From positions 1 through 42,145 of the forward strand of contig JADGIG010000021.1 of assembly GCA_018985235.1 (NCBI GenBank): a stretch of 42,145 nucleotides of DNA, read 5' to 3'. The position numbers and the translations under genes are program-made. The stretch is from Sanchytrium tribonematis (taxonomy: Eukaryota). The notes under the pieces are model-generated. The model saw only the letters and a list, made by a program, of their open reading frames with translations. It had not been told where the DNA came from and did no database searches. Positions 1 through 11,919 of this stretch are shown one piece after another. Each line of letters begins with the position of its first letter. Position 1 is the stretch's first letter.

Positions 1-1
1 A

Positions 2-451
2 TTTGACACTATACATTTGAAGGTATTGCGAAATTCTCTTGGGGTTGATTGCCGCGTATTTCACGAAATTGATGACGAAAAATTGGAAGCAGCTTTTATA
101 ATTCCACCAACCTATCCTCTTCATCCAATCAACATCACACCAATCCACAGGGTAGGGATCACGGAACACCAATTTAAAAGTTGGATTCTTGCTAGTAGAC
201 TTTTAATAGTAAACAAAAATGGAACCTTGTACGATGGAATCGAGTTGTTTAGCAAGAATGTTCTGGGTCATTTTGAAGGACAAACTGAGTGCACTATCTG
301 TTTTTCCATCATTGGGGTGCTCGACAAGTCGCTTCCGACGAAAAAGTGTGCCACTTGCTCCAACAAATTTCATGGGGGTTGCCTTCAAAAGTGGTTTCGC
401 GAAAGTAGTCAAACCAATTGTCCCTTGTGTAGATCTCTGTTTAGATTTTAA
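2..451 (+). CDS. LTN1: E3 ubiquitin ligase listerin, C-terminal RWD+RING part (5'-partial)
   Basis: Frame open from position 2. Contains IPPTYPL, HFEGQTECTICFSII...LPTKKCATCSNKFHGGCLQKWFRESSQTNCPLCR, the typical Ltn1/Rkr1 C-terminus. Confidence 0.92.
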   Translation, partial: FDTIHLKVLRNSLGVDCRVFHEIDDEKLEAAFIIPPTYPLHPINITPIHRVGITEHQFKSWILASRLLIVNKNGTLYDGIELFSKNVLGHFEGQTECTICFSIIGVLDKSLPTKKCATCSNKFHGGCLQKWFRESSQTNCPLCRSLFRF

Positions 452-463
452 AATAAATTTATT
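452..463. terminator. Bidirectional poly(A) signal palindrome AATAAATTTATT (LTN1/POL3)
   Basis: AATAAA on both strands, filling the gap between convergent stop codons. Confidence 0.65.
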
Positions 464-3439
464 CACCAGCTGAGATTTAATTTTTCTAATTGTCCAATGG
501 CTGCAGCTACATCTTTTTGTGCTTTTTTTCTCATGTAAAAAATAGGGCAATCTCTATTAGAGCAAATAACATCTTGACAAAGTGATCCTTGACAGCGTTG
601 ACATTCAGTCCAAAGTTGCGAGCACTTTTCCTGCTTCTCTGCTGCATCTTTTTGTTTAGTCAGGTAGATTTCAGAATATCTAGGAATACAATTTTGACAC
701 AATCCCTTTCGTCCATTTGATAATGGAACCCTACAACCTAAACAAGTTTCTGTCTTGGTAACAAATTTCATTAATCCACCCACAGATGACGTAGTTTGAT
801 GGATATGTCTGGTATGATCTCCTTTTACTAAGTTAAACAATTATACATAAAATATTTTCAGCGTTACTTCCCAAAATAGGTTCAAATAATCGGACCAAGG
901 GCTTAGAGAGTTGGTTTTCCAAGTAGTATTGCGTATCTATACTGATATTATTGTCCAATACATAAATGGGATCTTCTGATTTTTCATATGTTTTGGCATG
1001 TCGCGCACCTTTAACAATAACATAAGCAACACGGTCACCTAAATTAGGTGCACTTCCAGCGTCTCTTTGTTTCATTTTTTTAGCAAGCTCAACATGCGGC
1101 TGCTTGTTTTCATACTCTTCTTTGCTTAATTGCTTAGTAATAACAAGATGGCTCATATCGACCTTATTTTGTAGCAAATCGCTAATGACAGATTTAGCAT
1201 AATCTACAGCTCCATTGGGGTCTCTGTCAATCAAAATTTTATCCAAACAGTAGTCAATTACATTACCTACAAGTTGACAATTGTCTCTTCGTACAGATTC
1301 TATTCCTTTAGCGTCCATCTTATCATGCTTATCAGGTTTTGTCCAATACAACCCCGCATATCTTTTCTTGTTCATTAGTAAATAGGGAAAATAAACTTTC
1401 TCAAACTCAAGATTGATAGGCTTAATAAAATTTTTTGTCACATATTTTGCAGCTTCTAGTCCAAGATCCATAACTTGTGCCATATCACTTGGACCGAATT
1501 TTATCATAACAGAGTCAGTATCCCCATATATAACATCTGCATCAAAATCATAACCATTTGCTTTGGTGTATTTCTTTTCCACAAAGTCTCTAGTCAATTC
1601 AATCATTTCTCTACCGAAGGCAGTAACGCTAGCCGATACTTCTAAACAAGGCAAACTGCCAATTGTAGCACCAGTGAATCCATAAACTGAATTTGCACTG
1701 ATTTTCAAAGCTAGTTGACGACCATTTAGGACAGCCTTTTTGAAAGGATCCGTCTCATTTTTCAAGTCAAACTTAGCTTTCTTTCTTGCACCAAGTAAAT
1801 CCGCCAAGATTAAAGGCAGAAGTCCTTCTCTTATATGTTTTTTAATAAAGCAATCGCCAGTAGGAGTTTTAGTGTAATGTTCGCCTTCTTTCAGATTTTC
1901 TTTTTCTATTGTTTTCTTGTCTAGCAATGTAGTATAACAAAGGTTGTGCGCCATCATAATCGAAGGATACAATGATGAAAAATCGAGAGTTGCAATAGGA
2001 ATATCATAGTAACCACGTTTGGGCTCTAAAACCGTAGCGCCTTCATAAGTGTCGTCATAATTGGCACCTTCTCCTTTTCTGCTTTGAACAACATAACCAG
2101 TTTCCTTCGTTTTACGAAATAATTGAGACAGAACCTTGATTTGTTGGCCTCGACTTAATAGAAAATTAAATGGAACTCCACAAACTCTACTCATTTCGAT
2201 GTAATTGATCAAAGTCATTAATTTGCGCATAAGTAGAAGAGGTAGTTCAGCATCTTTTATGCAATAAATGGCAAGTCTACGTCGAGTGTCTTGATTTCCA
2301 TTTTGAAGTTCCGTTATAATAGAATGATGAACATCTTCTTTCTGATCGCCAATAAATTCAGCAGATACAGCATTCAATGAGTAACTTCTCAGCTTATAGT
2401 CCCTCAAAATGACAGCCATCATATCTACAATCACTCTGCCATCTATATTGAATTCTTTTGAGTCTCTAGTACCATAAGCTCTACTACTAAATCTAGTATT
2501 CTTCGCCTTTGTTTCATTGTCCTTTAGCCTTCCAAAATAAGGAAATTTTTTAATTTTTAACGCTTTTGCTCTATCTAAAAGATAAGGCAAATCAAAATTT
2601 AATATGTTGTAGCCAGTTATTACGTCAGGATCGCATTCCACAAAAAATTTTGAAAATTGCAACAGCAGGTCTTGTTCTTTGTCGTAACTTCGTACTTTTG
2701 AACCTGCGATTGGCGCGCAACTCTTAAGAGTAAAAACAGTCTTGGATTTATAGTCAGATCCCTCAATAGCTAAAACGCATGCTATCTGAATTACAGAGTC
2801 ATGTTCTGGTTCCGGGAATATACCTTTTCGGTTACTACATTCAATATCAAAACTAAATATCTTCAAGGGCGCCATTTTGGAATACTCTCCATTTGTGGGG
2901 TGAGAAACTAAATCATTAATACTTATATCTACCTCAATGTCGCAATTGGAAACTCCATTTTCACTTCTTAATTTATATTTTCCTTCAGGCAATTCAAGCC
3001 AATTCATACCTACAATGTCGTGGTCCACCATTGCTTTCAACAAACCTATATTCAGAACATCGGCATCGTATACTTCAAATGAACCAAAACTGCCATTTTC
3101 CGGTCCTGAGGCTGAAGGTGAGATTAGCTCTCTTTGTAATTTCTTGATTTGACTTGGGGTATCTGCCTCGATTTTAAACATTTCTTGCTCATTTGGGCTG
3201 TAATAAAGCAAGATTTTCTTTTTAGTTCTTGTAATTTTGCAGTTTGATCCAGTGATACGATTACAATATGCCTCGAACTTTTGCAAATTCAAATTCTTGT
3301 AATTACAATAGATATACGGTCTATAATCGTGAACATGACAACACACCGATCTTTCGTCTTGCGTTCTACCGTAGAAAACTAATTCGAATTTATATTGTTG
3401 ATTTTCTTCTGCCTCGATTTGCTGAAAAATTATGGACAT
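463..3439 (-). CDS. POL3: DNA polymerase delta catalytic subunit, 2 exons (3439-847, 827-463), 985 aa
   Basis: Exonuclease FDIEC, polymerase DFSSLYPS, KISANSVYG and YGDTDS. Exon 2 carries the CysA/CysB motifs. Removing the 19-nt intron gives NILLKGDHTR in frame. Confidence 0.97.
828..846 (-). other. 19-nt spliceosomal intron in POL3 (phase 1)
   Basis: GTATAATTGTTTAACTTAG. Removal joins the two ORFs in frame. Confidence 0.93.
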
Positions 3440-3486
3440 CAAGGAGAATTTATTCTATAATTTTTTAAAAAAAAACGAGAATAGAA

Positions 3487-4597
3487 CTATTTGAAGTAAA
3501 GTCTAATGGCTTCATCAGTTCTTGTGGCTGTGGGGCAATAAGGACACTTTAATTTGTTGCTGTTTTTAGCAAGATTTTGCAACGATTCATAACAAATCAT
3601 ATGACCACATTTTAGCAGCATTGCCGGATTAGTCTCTGTAGCCTGTTCTTTAGAAACAGGACACACAAAAAGCGAGTGGTATCGAAAGTCGTTGGAAATT
3701 GGAACTTCAACTGGTAACTCATTTGTCTGTGACCATTCCGCTTTCTTGTCTTTCATGACTGTGCACATTTTTGTTATAATAGGCAAGGCCGTAGTTCCAA
3801 CCAAGGTGCTATATTAAATTGTTTTACCTAACGAACAGTGGTGAAGTTGGAGCCAACCCAACGTGAAGACAAAATTCGGAAGTAAATTGCTTCTCTGTTT
3901 GCTGCCATAATTGAGGATCATCAAATTCTGCATAAGGGGTGTTTTTAAGATCGCTATAGATGACGCAGGTCGCCAGTCTCTTTATTTCCGATCCGTGTTC
4001 TTCAAAAAAACCAGATAAATGATCTCTTGCATACGATAAAGCCATTGTCGCCTGACTTTTAGTAGCATTCAAATTTAAAGGATATTCTATTTCGCCTTTT
4101 AAAATTTGTAGGTATTTTAATTTGTGCAATTTAAAAGTAAGTAAATTTTTCTGTATTTTGGAAGCCCACTTTAAAGCACTATCTAAATTTTTGGCTTGAA
4201 AGTCCAGCAAGATTTGATTTAATTCCGAAAAATGGTGTTGCAATTTGAGAATTTCCTCATTCGTTCCCAGTTTTAATTCTTTTACCAAAGCATTCACAAC
4301 ATTAAATTTACCATTTCTAATTAAGTATTCCATAATTGTTTTGTTTAGCAACTGGTGATTACCATCACAAACCTCATCAGGTTCCCAATAAACTTGTAGG
4401 TCTTGCTGTTTTTCATATTTTTTTGTAACCTTATTTAAATTTAAAGCAATTCGCTTCGCTTCTTCATGAATTTGATCTCCTAAGATATTTTGTTTTGAAG
4501 GATCCAAATCTGCAATAATATCGCAATTTTCGATCAATCTCTGACAAAAATCAGAGTGCTCTCGTCTCCATTTATGATACTCTAATGATTCAGCCAT
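3487..4597 (-). CDS. RMD5: GID/CTLH complex RING subunit Rmd5/GID2, 2 exons (4597-3828, 3808-3487), 363 aa
   Basis: LisH/CTLH/CRA region ([26 protein letters not shown]) and C-terminal ELPVEV...[13 protein letters not shown]...CGHMIC...KCPYCP. First in-frame ATG is at 4597. Confidence 0.92.
3809..3827 (-). other. 19-nt spliceosomal intron in RMD5 (phase 2)
   Basis: GTAAAACAATTTAATATAG. Removal gives [15 protein letters not shown]. Confidence 0.92.
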
Positions 4598-4618
4598 TAT
4601 CCGTGTCTCAAATCTTGT

Positions 4619-6598
4619 ATGCAAAAATTACAGAAAACTTTTGAGAGTGGCAAGACAATTTTTATCGCTTTTCTGACTGCTGGCTATCCAAATATAGATG
4701 CGACTGTTGAACTTGTTCTTGAAATGGAAAAGAATGGAGTAGATGTCATTGAATTGGGATTTCCATTTTCTGATCCATTAGCAGATGGTCCGACAATCCA
4801 GTACGCTAATGAGATTTCATTAAAAAATGGAATGAATGTGGATAAATATCTTAATATTGTTGCCGAGATTAGGAAGCATTCCGACATACCTCTTTTGATG
4901 ATGACTTACTACAATGTCGTATTGCAATATGGTCTGGAGTCACTGAGTTCGAAGATGCAAAAGCTTAAAATGAATGGGTTTATAATTGTGGACTTGCCTA
5001 TGGATACTAAATTTGTTCATGTCTGTAGCAAATATGATTTGACTTTTATTCCTTTTATCACCCCATTAACGCCTTCAGATCGAATGCGGTTTTTGCTAAA
5101 GCAAGCATCTACGTTTGTTTATGTCGTGAGTCGATTAGGTGTTACAGGAAATTCAACTGATTTCAATGAAAAAGAATTGGAAAGTTACTTGGCGTCTATA
5201 AGAAAATTCAGTCGCCATCCCCTTGCTGTAGGATTTGGTGTTAGAACTCCGGTTCAATTTTTGACAATTGGAAAATTTGCGGAGGGAGTTGTTATTGGAA
5301 GCGAGATTATAAAGCTCATAAGAGATAACCAAAATTATAAATTAGCGGTGAGTGAGTTTGTGAAGAGTATTTCTGACGTCAAATCGAATAAGCAATTTAT
5401 GCTGGATAGTGGCGATTCGGAAAGTGCTGAAGATATAAAGATTGATTTACCTGGAATGTTTGGTGAGTTTGGAGGAAGTTATATTCCTGAAATTCTTCAT
5501 TTTTGTTTGAATCAGCTTTCAAATGAATTTGAAAAATGTAAAAGCGATAAGGAATTTTGGAACGAATTTTACGATTTATATTCATATGTAGGAAGGCCTA
5601 CCCCTCTATATTTTGCCTCAAGATTAAGCAAGCATGCTGGGGGAGCTAAAATCTGGCTCAAAAGAGAGGACTTGACCCATACTGGTTCTCACAAAATCAA
5701 CAATGCTATCGGGCAAGCGTTATTGGCAAAGCGACTTGGCAAAAAAAGAATTATTGCGGAGACCGGAGCTGGCCAACATGGGGTCGCCACCGCGACTGTT
5801 TGTGCGAAACTAGGACTAGATTGTGTAGTATATATGGGCAGAGAAGATACAGAAAGACAAGAACTTAATGTCTTTCGAATGAAAATGTTAGGGGCTAAAG
5901 TTGTTCCTGTTGAATCTGGGTCTAAAACTTTAAAGGATGCAATTAATGAAGCGATGCGTGACTGGGTTACGAATGTTGGTGATACACATTATTTGGTTGG
6001 ATCTGCTATCGGGCCTCATCCGTTTCCTACAGTTGTGAAAGAATTTCAAAGTATCATCGGTAAAGAAACGTTGAAACAGCTTGGAACTTTACCTGATGCT
6101 GTAGTCGCGTGTGTAGGAGGTGGATCTAATAGCATTGGTATGTTCGCGCCGTTCATAAGTGAGCTTTCAGTTAAGTTATACGGTATAGAGGCCGCTGGAA
6201 ATGGTCTAGACAGTGGTAAGCATTCTGCACCTCTTAGTAAAGGCAAACCGGGCGTTTTACATGGCACCAGGACATACCTTATGCAGGATTCTAACGGGCA
6301 AATAGCCGAAACACACTCTATAAGCGCTGGTTTGGATTATCCGGGAGTTGGGCCTGAACATTCATTTTTAAAAGATTCTAAAAGAGCGATTTATTTATCA
6401 GCAACTGATGAAGAATGTTTGCAAGGATTTAAGCTATTATCAGAATTAGAGGGAATCATTCCTGCTCTAGAAACCAGTCATGCAATTTTCGCATCAATAG
6501 ATATTGCAAGAAATATGAAGCCAGAGGAAAATCTTGTAATTTGCCTATCTGGTAGGGGAGACAAGGATGTGGCAACAGTTATGCGGCTATTAAATTAA
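4619..6598 (+). CDS. TRP5: Tryptophan synthase, fused alpha-beta (fungal type)
   Basis: Alpha motif [17 protein letters not shown] followed by beta motifs [20 protein letters not shown] and [15 protein letters not shown]. Confidence 0.98.
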   Translation: MQKLQKTFESGKTIFIAFLTAGYPNIDATVELVLEMEKNGVDVIELGFPFSDPLADGPTIQYANEISLKNGMNVDKYLNIVAEIRKHSDIPLLMMTYYNVVLQYGLESLSSKMQKLKMNGFIIVDLPMDTKFVHVCSKYDLTFIPFITPLTPSDRMRFLLKQASTFVYVVSRLGVTGNSTDFNEKELESYLASIRKFSRHPLAVGFGVRTPVQFLTIGKFAEGVVIGSEIIKLIRDNQNYKLAVSEFVKSISDVKSNKQFMLDSGDSESAEDIKIDLPGMFGEFGGSYIPEILHFCLNQLSNEFEKCKSDKEFWNEFYDLYSYVGRPTPLYFASRLSKHAGGAKIWLKREDLTHTGSHKINNAIGQALLAKRLGKKRIIAETGAGQHGVATATVCAKLGLDCVVYMGREDTERQELNVFRMKMLGAKVVPVESGSKTLKDAINEAMRDWVTNVGDTHYLVGSAIGPHPFPTVVKEFQSIIGKETLKQLGTLPDAVVACVGGGSNSIGMFAPFISELSVKLYGIEAAGNGLDSGKHSAPLSKGKPGVLHGTRTYLMQDSNGQIAETHSISAGLDYPGVGPEHSFLKDSKRAIYLSATDEECLQGFKLLSELEGIIPALETSHAIFASIDIARNMKPEENLVICLSGRGDKDVATVMRLLN

Positions 6599-6605
6599 TT
6601 ACTCT

Positions 6606-7364
6606 TCAATCTTCAAGCATGTCTTTGAGATTTTTCAATTCTTTAAATGTCTTAGGAACCTTTAAAGGTGACAAAATTGAGACACCACTTTCAGGTGCCA
6701 CCTCACTTTTTGAAAACTTTAATTGAGACTGCTTTACTAGCAGCTCAGCCACAGCTAGTAAAGCAGATCCCTCAAATATTTCTTTTGAAATGCTTTCCAA
6801 ACTATCATTTGCGAGTTTGTTTACATACCAGCAAAAATCGCTATTCTTGGATAGTGAATCTACGTTATATAATGGAGGTACAAATTTCAGTTCTTCTTCT
6901 TCAATCGAAGCCTCACAGAGTTGGGAATCAAAAGTTTCCATTCGCTCTTTTAAGGAATAGTTTTTCTCGTTTACAAACATCATTGCGTTAATTTTTGGAT
7001 GGGTATGTAATAAATCAGGTTTTACATTAAATGTATTGGACTCAAGCAGTTTTCCAGCCAATTTGCTGTTCTTACGAATCGTTGAAAATGACTCATCTAT
7101 TTGGACATTGTAATTTGCAGAAGTATCAAATATGCAATCTACAACATAAGGCATCTCAGGCTCTTCGACTTTTAATGGGCTTTTAATATTTTGAATTTTC
7201 AAAATTTTCTTTACTTGTAAAACATGCGCATGGCATAACTTTGTAAATTGAATGTGAGATTTGCATTCTTTAGCATGTCTTTGCATCATTTTTGAGCAGA
7301 ACCTGCACTTCTCATCTGCTTTTTTCAATTTTTTGCCAATGCATTTGTCGATAAACTCCTCCAT
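6606..7364 (-). CDS. Hypothetical protein (252 aa)
   Basis: Long ORF filling the space between neighbours, with an upstream ACTCCTT motif. No family recognised. Confidence 0.65.
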   Translation of the reverse strand: MEEFIDKCIGKKLKKADEKCRFCSKMMQRHAKECKSHIQFTKLCHAHVLQVKKILKIQNIKSPLKVEEPEMPYVVDCIFDTSANYNVQIDESFSTIRKNSKLAGKLLESNTFNVKPDLLHTHPKINAMMFVNEKNYSLKERMETFDSQLCEASIEEEELKFVPPLYNVDSLSKNSDFCWYVNKLANDSLESISKEIFEGSALLAVAELLVKQSQLKFSKSEVAPESGVSILSPLKVPKTFKELKNLKDMLED

Positions 7365-7427
7365 CAAAATAGCGAAAGGAGTATTTTTATAATTTATTCC
7401 AAGGAATTTATAGCGACCTAACTATTC

Positions 7428-8936
7428 TCAACCATTGAGCGATTTCTCTATTAAACACTGGTATTGTTCAACTTTCAATGGCTTCCACGGGAATCTCAGT
7501 ACTCGTCCAAATAAATTTTCTTTCGGAGATAAGCTTCTTGTACACAGATCTTTCAATGAGTCTTCGAATTTATAAAAATAATGGCATTGTTGAGGATCGA
7601 CAGTTCTTCCAGGACTCATTACGTTTTCATCATTGACATGCTTCATTTCTAGAGATGCACTTAGCCATGAAGGTTTTAAATTATGGTCCAAAGAATTGTT
7701 TTCAAATTTATATGGCAGTTGACCATCAAAATTGCCTTGAATAAATAGGGCATCACTGGAGAGTGGGATATTAAAAGAGCTTGGAAACAGATGCCACTCA
7801 TCTCCAAGACACACGGTAGAATTTTCCGGCAAATTTTTAAATAATGATAAGGTGTTGCGTCTAGGGATGATGGCTGTAATTCTAAAAATTGAAAACAGTA
7901 AAAATGATGACAAAAGAATTAGGTAAAGTTGCTTAGAATTTTGCTTCACTTTATATATGATATGGCACATCTCCAAAGCCAAGAGTGGATATATAGGATA
8001 GAGGAATCTTTCTTCCTTGTGAGGCTGAGCAAAAAATACGGACAGCCAAATAATGATTGCAATGGAAGATATCAATCTCATTCTGTCAAAAGAAAGTAAG
8101 GACAAAATGATACTAAAAGGAATAAGAATAGCCAAGGGTCCCCAATGAAGTATCAACACTTTTAAATAATATGACATTGGTTCAATTCCATACAAACTGG
8201 GACCGTGTTGACTAAGTATATTATATTTGACAATATTCCAAGCCGCAAAAACAGGCTTTTTATAAAAGTATGAATCTATTGCGTAGCTCAAACTTAAAAC
8301 AACAATAGATTGAATAATACCGTAAAGCAAATACACCTTAAGAAATCTTAATTTTGTATAAATAAGATCTACTAATTGCATCACAACTAGTAATCCACTA
8401 AATGGCCAGCAAATGGCAGACATAGATACAATGCACGAAAGACTAATAAATCTTTTTCCTTGTGCCAAAGAAGCATAAGACACTGCAACAAGTGTCATAC
8501 AAGTCGAAGAAGGCAAGAGTGCCACAGTCGAGACCAAAATTCCTGGTGAAAAAGACATTAACAGAACCATGATTATCTCATAGTCCCTGCTTCCGAATTT
8601 TTTGCTGCATATATTAATGAAATAATAAAAACTTGCAAAATTCAGCAGAGATAAGATATATCTGGCTTTTAGGAAAAATAGATCATGTTCGGATTTAAAT
8701 GCCAATGTTAAAAAGTAGAATATGAGTAAATATGTGTAGGAGCGAATTGCATATCTTGGATCATATTCCCAAGTCATAAATCCCTTTCCATAATGAAGAA
8801 AATGCAAGGGTTCCCAGTAGTTGTAGGTTTCGTCACAATCATTAATAAATCCATACTGAGCCGCCAATATGCCAGAGGCAAATAAAATAGCCTGAGAAAT
8901 TAGTTTCATGAACAGCACCCCATGATGAATTTTCAT
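7428..8936 (-). CDS. ALG9: Dol-P-Man alpha-1,2-mannosyltransferase (GT22)
   Basis: DCDETYNYWEPLHFL...TWEYDPRYAIRSY and QPHKEERFLYPIYP; multi-pass membrane protein. Confidence 0.93.
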   Translation of the reverse strand: MKIHHGVLFMKLISQAILFASGILAAQYGFINDCDETYNYWEPLHFLHYGKGFMTWEYDPRYAIRSYTYLLIFYFLTLAFKSEHDLFFLKARYILSLLNFASFYYFINICSKKFGSRDYEIIMVLLMSFSPGILVSTVALLPSSTCMTLVAVSYASLAQGKRFISLSCIVSMSAICWPFSGLLVVMQLVDLIYTKLRFLKVYLLYGIIQSIVVLSLSYAIDSYFYKKPVFAAWNIVKYNILSQHGPSLYGIEPMSYYLKVLILHWGPLAILIPFSIILSLLSFDRMRLISSIAIIIWLSVFFAQPHKEERFLYPIYPLLALEMCHIIYKVKQNSKQLYLILLSSFLLFSIFRITAIIPRRNTLSLFKNLPENSTVCLGDEWHLFPSSFNIPLSSDALFIQGNFDGQLPYKFENNSLDHNLKPSWLSASLEMKHVNDENVMSPGRTVDPQQCHYFYKFEDSLKDLCTRSLSPKENLFGRVLRFPWKPLKVEQYQCLIEKSLNG

Positions 8937-9135
8937 TATGCAATTTGCAAAATTTTCTGCTAAAATATATATGCAAAGTTAAATTTTACGAGACATTAAT
9001 TGTTAAATGTATGTTTGTAAATTATTTGAAATTGACAACTTCTCCAACTCGGAATTTAGTTTCCAATGAAACACGTGGAATTTATAAATTGAAAACTTTG
9101 CACTAGTTGCAACGAGTATAAACTTTGAGCACAAG

Positions 9136-10074
9136 ATGTCAAGGGTACGTAAGGAAGAATATTTTGCAAAATTAGAAAAACTAGTCGCTGAGAACAAGAC
9201 TATATTATTGATTAACGTCGACAATGTGGGAAGTAATCAGATGCACAAAATCAGACAAAAGTTGAGAGGACAAGCAACTATTTTGATGGGAAAAAACACT
9301 CAAATTCGTAAATGTGTAAAGGAAGTGTCTTTGAAGAAGAAAGAATTAGAACCGCTTTTAGAATATTTAGTTGGAAATATCGGTTTAGTTTTTACTAATG
9401 AAACCGATATCGCAGCCATTCGTAAGAGTTTGGTAGAAGATCGTGTTCAAGCACCTGCGAAATCTGGTGCACTTGCGGTTGTATCAGTTGTTGTCCCTGC
9501 AGCTAATACTGGTATGGAACCTGGTAAGACTAGTTTCTTTCAAGCTTTGGGAATCCCAACAAAGATTACCAGAGGTACCATCGAAATTGTCCAGGATGTG
9601 GAGATTTTGAAAGCTGGAGACAAAGTCGGACCTTCTGAGGCTGCTTTATTGAATATGCTTAACATATCTCCTTTCACTTATGGTTTAAATGTTATTCAGG
9701 TTTACGACAAGGGAATCATATTTCCGCCTGAAATTCTTGATATCACTGATGAAGAGATCAAAGAGTCTGTTCAAGGTTGTATCGCCGAAATTGCCGCCTT
9801 GGCTTTGGGTGCTAATGTACCGTCTGTTGCGTCTGTACCGCATATTCTGATCAACACCTTCAAAGATTTGTTGCACGTTTCTTTGGCTACTGAGATTGAA
9901 CTAGAACAAACAAAGAAATTGAAAGAAATTCTTGCAAATCCTGAATTACTAGCAGCTGCACAAGCAGCAGCTACAAGCACTGCTCCAGCTGCAGGTGGTG
10001 CTAAAAAAGAGGAAGCAAAGGAAGAGGAAAAGGAAGAGTCAGACGATGATATGGGATTTGGTTTATTCGATTAA
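9136..10074 (+). CDS. RPP0: 60S acidic ribosomal protein P0 (uL10)
   Basis: VDNVGSNQMHKIR, GKNTQIRK, TSFFQALGIPTKITRGTIEI and C-terminal EESDDDMGFGLFD. Confidence 0.99.
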   Translation: MSRVRKEEYFAKLEKLVAENKTILLINVDNVGSNQMHKIRQKLRGQATILMGKNTQIRKCVKEVSLKKKELEPLLEYLVGNIGLVFTNETDIAAIRKSLVEDRVQAPAKSGALAVVSVVVPAANTGMEPGKTSFFQALGIPTKITRGTIEIVQDVEILKAGDKVGPSEAALLNMLNISPFTYGLNVIQVYDKGIIFPPEILDITDEEIKESVQGCIAEIAALALGANVPSVASVPHILINTFKDLLHVSLATEIELEQTKKLKEILANPELLAAAQAAATSTAPAAGGAKKEEAKEEEKEESDDDMGFGLFD

Positions 10075-10079
10075 ATAAA

Positions 10080-11882
10080 CTATTTCTTTTTCAGATATAG
10101 CATTTTGAAAGCAAGCTGGCCTGGTAACTTTGTTATTTGGTTGTATTGAACAACGTCCTGCTTTCTGGATATGTTAAGCAATTTTTTCATGGCTTCTTTT
10201 CCATTTTTTGTAGTATCTTTCGCGCTTCTAATAAGATCAAATGGATTAATGTCCCGTGGCAAATTGACCAGGTTGTCTTGGACTTCCGCCTCCTCCTCAA
10301 AATGTAAATCGCAATGGATATATATAAGCTGTCGACAAACGTTTGCCTTTCTAATTAGGTAACCGCTAAAATTAATGACAGATATAATTTTCCTATCTCC
10401 TAAAATTTGCTTTAGTATTTGATTTGTTTTTATAGCTTCAAGTTCCTCGTCATTTAATTCAATATATTCAATTTTTTGATATTTTACACCGAATATTTCA
10501 AAAACAGATGTAGCTTGCGATTTTAAAATAAAAACAGTATTATTTCGTGGTATATTAAAAGTAAAGATAGGATAAATTGACATTTCGGGTGTTTTTCCTC
10601 CAAACTTACATGAAGTAGATTTCTCGTCTGTTTCTACTGAGATTTGTGTTGAAGAGTTCATTTGAAATTCACCAGTTTGTACTTCAGTATCCTTGTAGAT
10701 AATAGAATGACCTACTGCTTTTTCTTGTTTTTCAATATCCGAGCTTGAGAAAATTTGTGTTATAATTTCTTTATCGGATTCTTCTACTAGTTTTAGACGC
10801 TTAGAGCTATGCGTTTGGCCGTCTTTGGATCGTTTTCTTTTCAATTCAGGATCTTTTTCTTTCTCCTTAAAGGTATCTTTTTCCGAAGAAGCAATCAGCG
10901 GGCTTTCCGTCTTCGATGTTTTTCTTAGCTGCTTGTTATCATTCAATGGTCCACTGATCCTCCTCCCACCTCTTTTCTTTCTAATTCCCCTAACGGGCCT
11001 TTCACCAGTTCTTTCCACATTTCGTTCCTCAACTGAATCTAATTTGTCTGTATCCGTCATATCAGAATCGCCCTCGTACTGTGGCGATCTATTACTCATT
11101 TCTGCAAATCTTTTTTCATACATTAATAACTTTCGTTCTTCTCTCGAAAGGTTTCCCTTTTTATTGTACCATTTTGACCACGGATCTTTTTCCACTGCAT
11201 CTTTACATCCTTCAGTTGCAACGTCAGCTGGCGTATTACCTTCGTTGTCTTTAATAAACATATCCGCCCTAGCATCAACTAAGATATCCACAATTTCGCG
11301 GTTTCCCAAAATACAAGCATGATGAAGGGAACTTAGACCATTGGAATCGACAGTGTTAAGATCTACAGTGTACCTTACAAATTCTCTTACCATTGAGACG
11401 TTCTCATTTAATACAGCATAGTGTAAAGGTGCAAATCCCTCTTCATCAGTATTAACCAATAAATCGTCATCTATATCCATTTGCTCAATCAGGGCTCTTA
11501 AAAATACACAGTCCATAGCACTTCCTCTTTCTGCCAAACGAACCACTATAGATTTGTTTTCACTGTCTTTAAGATGAATGTGTTTAACCATTTCTTTAAA
11601 AAATCGTATCAATTTCCGATTATAAGTAGTTTTTCTCATGCCATCAAACTCATTCGGATTCGTTCCATGAAAAAGGCAAAGCTTAAGCAAAGGAGGATAG
11701 TCTAGCAATTTCTCCAACACTTTCTTGCTCAAATGTTTTTTCAAATTCCATTTTAAAAGTTGGGACCACAAGTGATAAGGTATGCTTAATGTGTGCTTGA
11801 TAAGATAGTTCTCTATTTGGCCCTTTTCCTCAAGAGATTTCAAATGCTCTTTCCAGTTTTGTAATTCATTAATTTTGTCCAT
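10080..11882 (-). CDS. Ankyrin-repeat protein with basic/NLS-like middle region
   Basis: GFAPLHYAV, GLSSLHHAC and GNTPADVA ankyrin repeats; KKRGGRR and KRKRSK basic clusters. Confidence 0.85.
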   Translation of the reverse strand: MDKINELQNWKEHLKSLEEKGQIENYLIKHTLSIPYHLWSQLLKWNLKKHLSKKVLEKLLDYPPLLKLCLFHGTNPNEFDGMRKTTYNRKLIRFFKEMVKHIHLKDSENKSIVVRLAERGSAMDCVFLRALIEQMDIDDDLLVNTDEEGFAPLHYAVLNENVSMVREFVRYTVDLNTVDSNGLSSLHHACILGNREIVDILVDARADMFIKDNEGNTPADVATEGCKDAVEKDPWSKWYNKKGNLSREERKLLMYEKRFAEMSNRSPQYEGDSDMTDTDKLDSVEERNVERTGERPVRGIRKKRGGRRISGPLNDNKQLRKTSKTESPLIASSEKDTFKEKEKDPELKRKRSKDGQTHSSKRLKLVEESDKEIITQIFSSSDIEKQEKAVGHSIIYKDTEVQTGEFQMNSSTQISVETDEKSTSCKFGGKTPEMSIYPIFTFNIPRNNTVFILKSQATSVFEIFGVKYQKIEYIELNDEELEAIKTNQILKQILGDRKIISVINFSGYLIRKANVCRQLIYIHCDLHFEEEAEVQDNLVNLPRDINPFDLIRSAKDTTKNGKEAMKKLLNISRKQDVVQYNQITKLPGQLAFKMLYLKKK

Positions 11883-11919
11883 TTGAAATTGGCAACTCCC
11901 TTGTTTTCAAAAAAATTTA

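Noticed and set aside
9116..9135. 20-nt GTA...AAG segment directly before the RPP0 ATG
   Set aside because: It lacks the branch motif and YAG, and nothing requires it.
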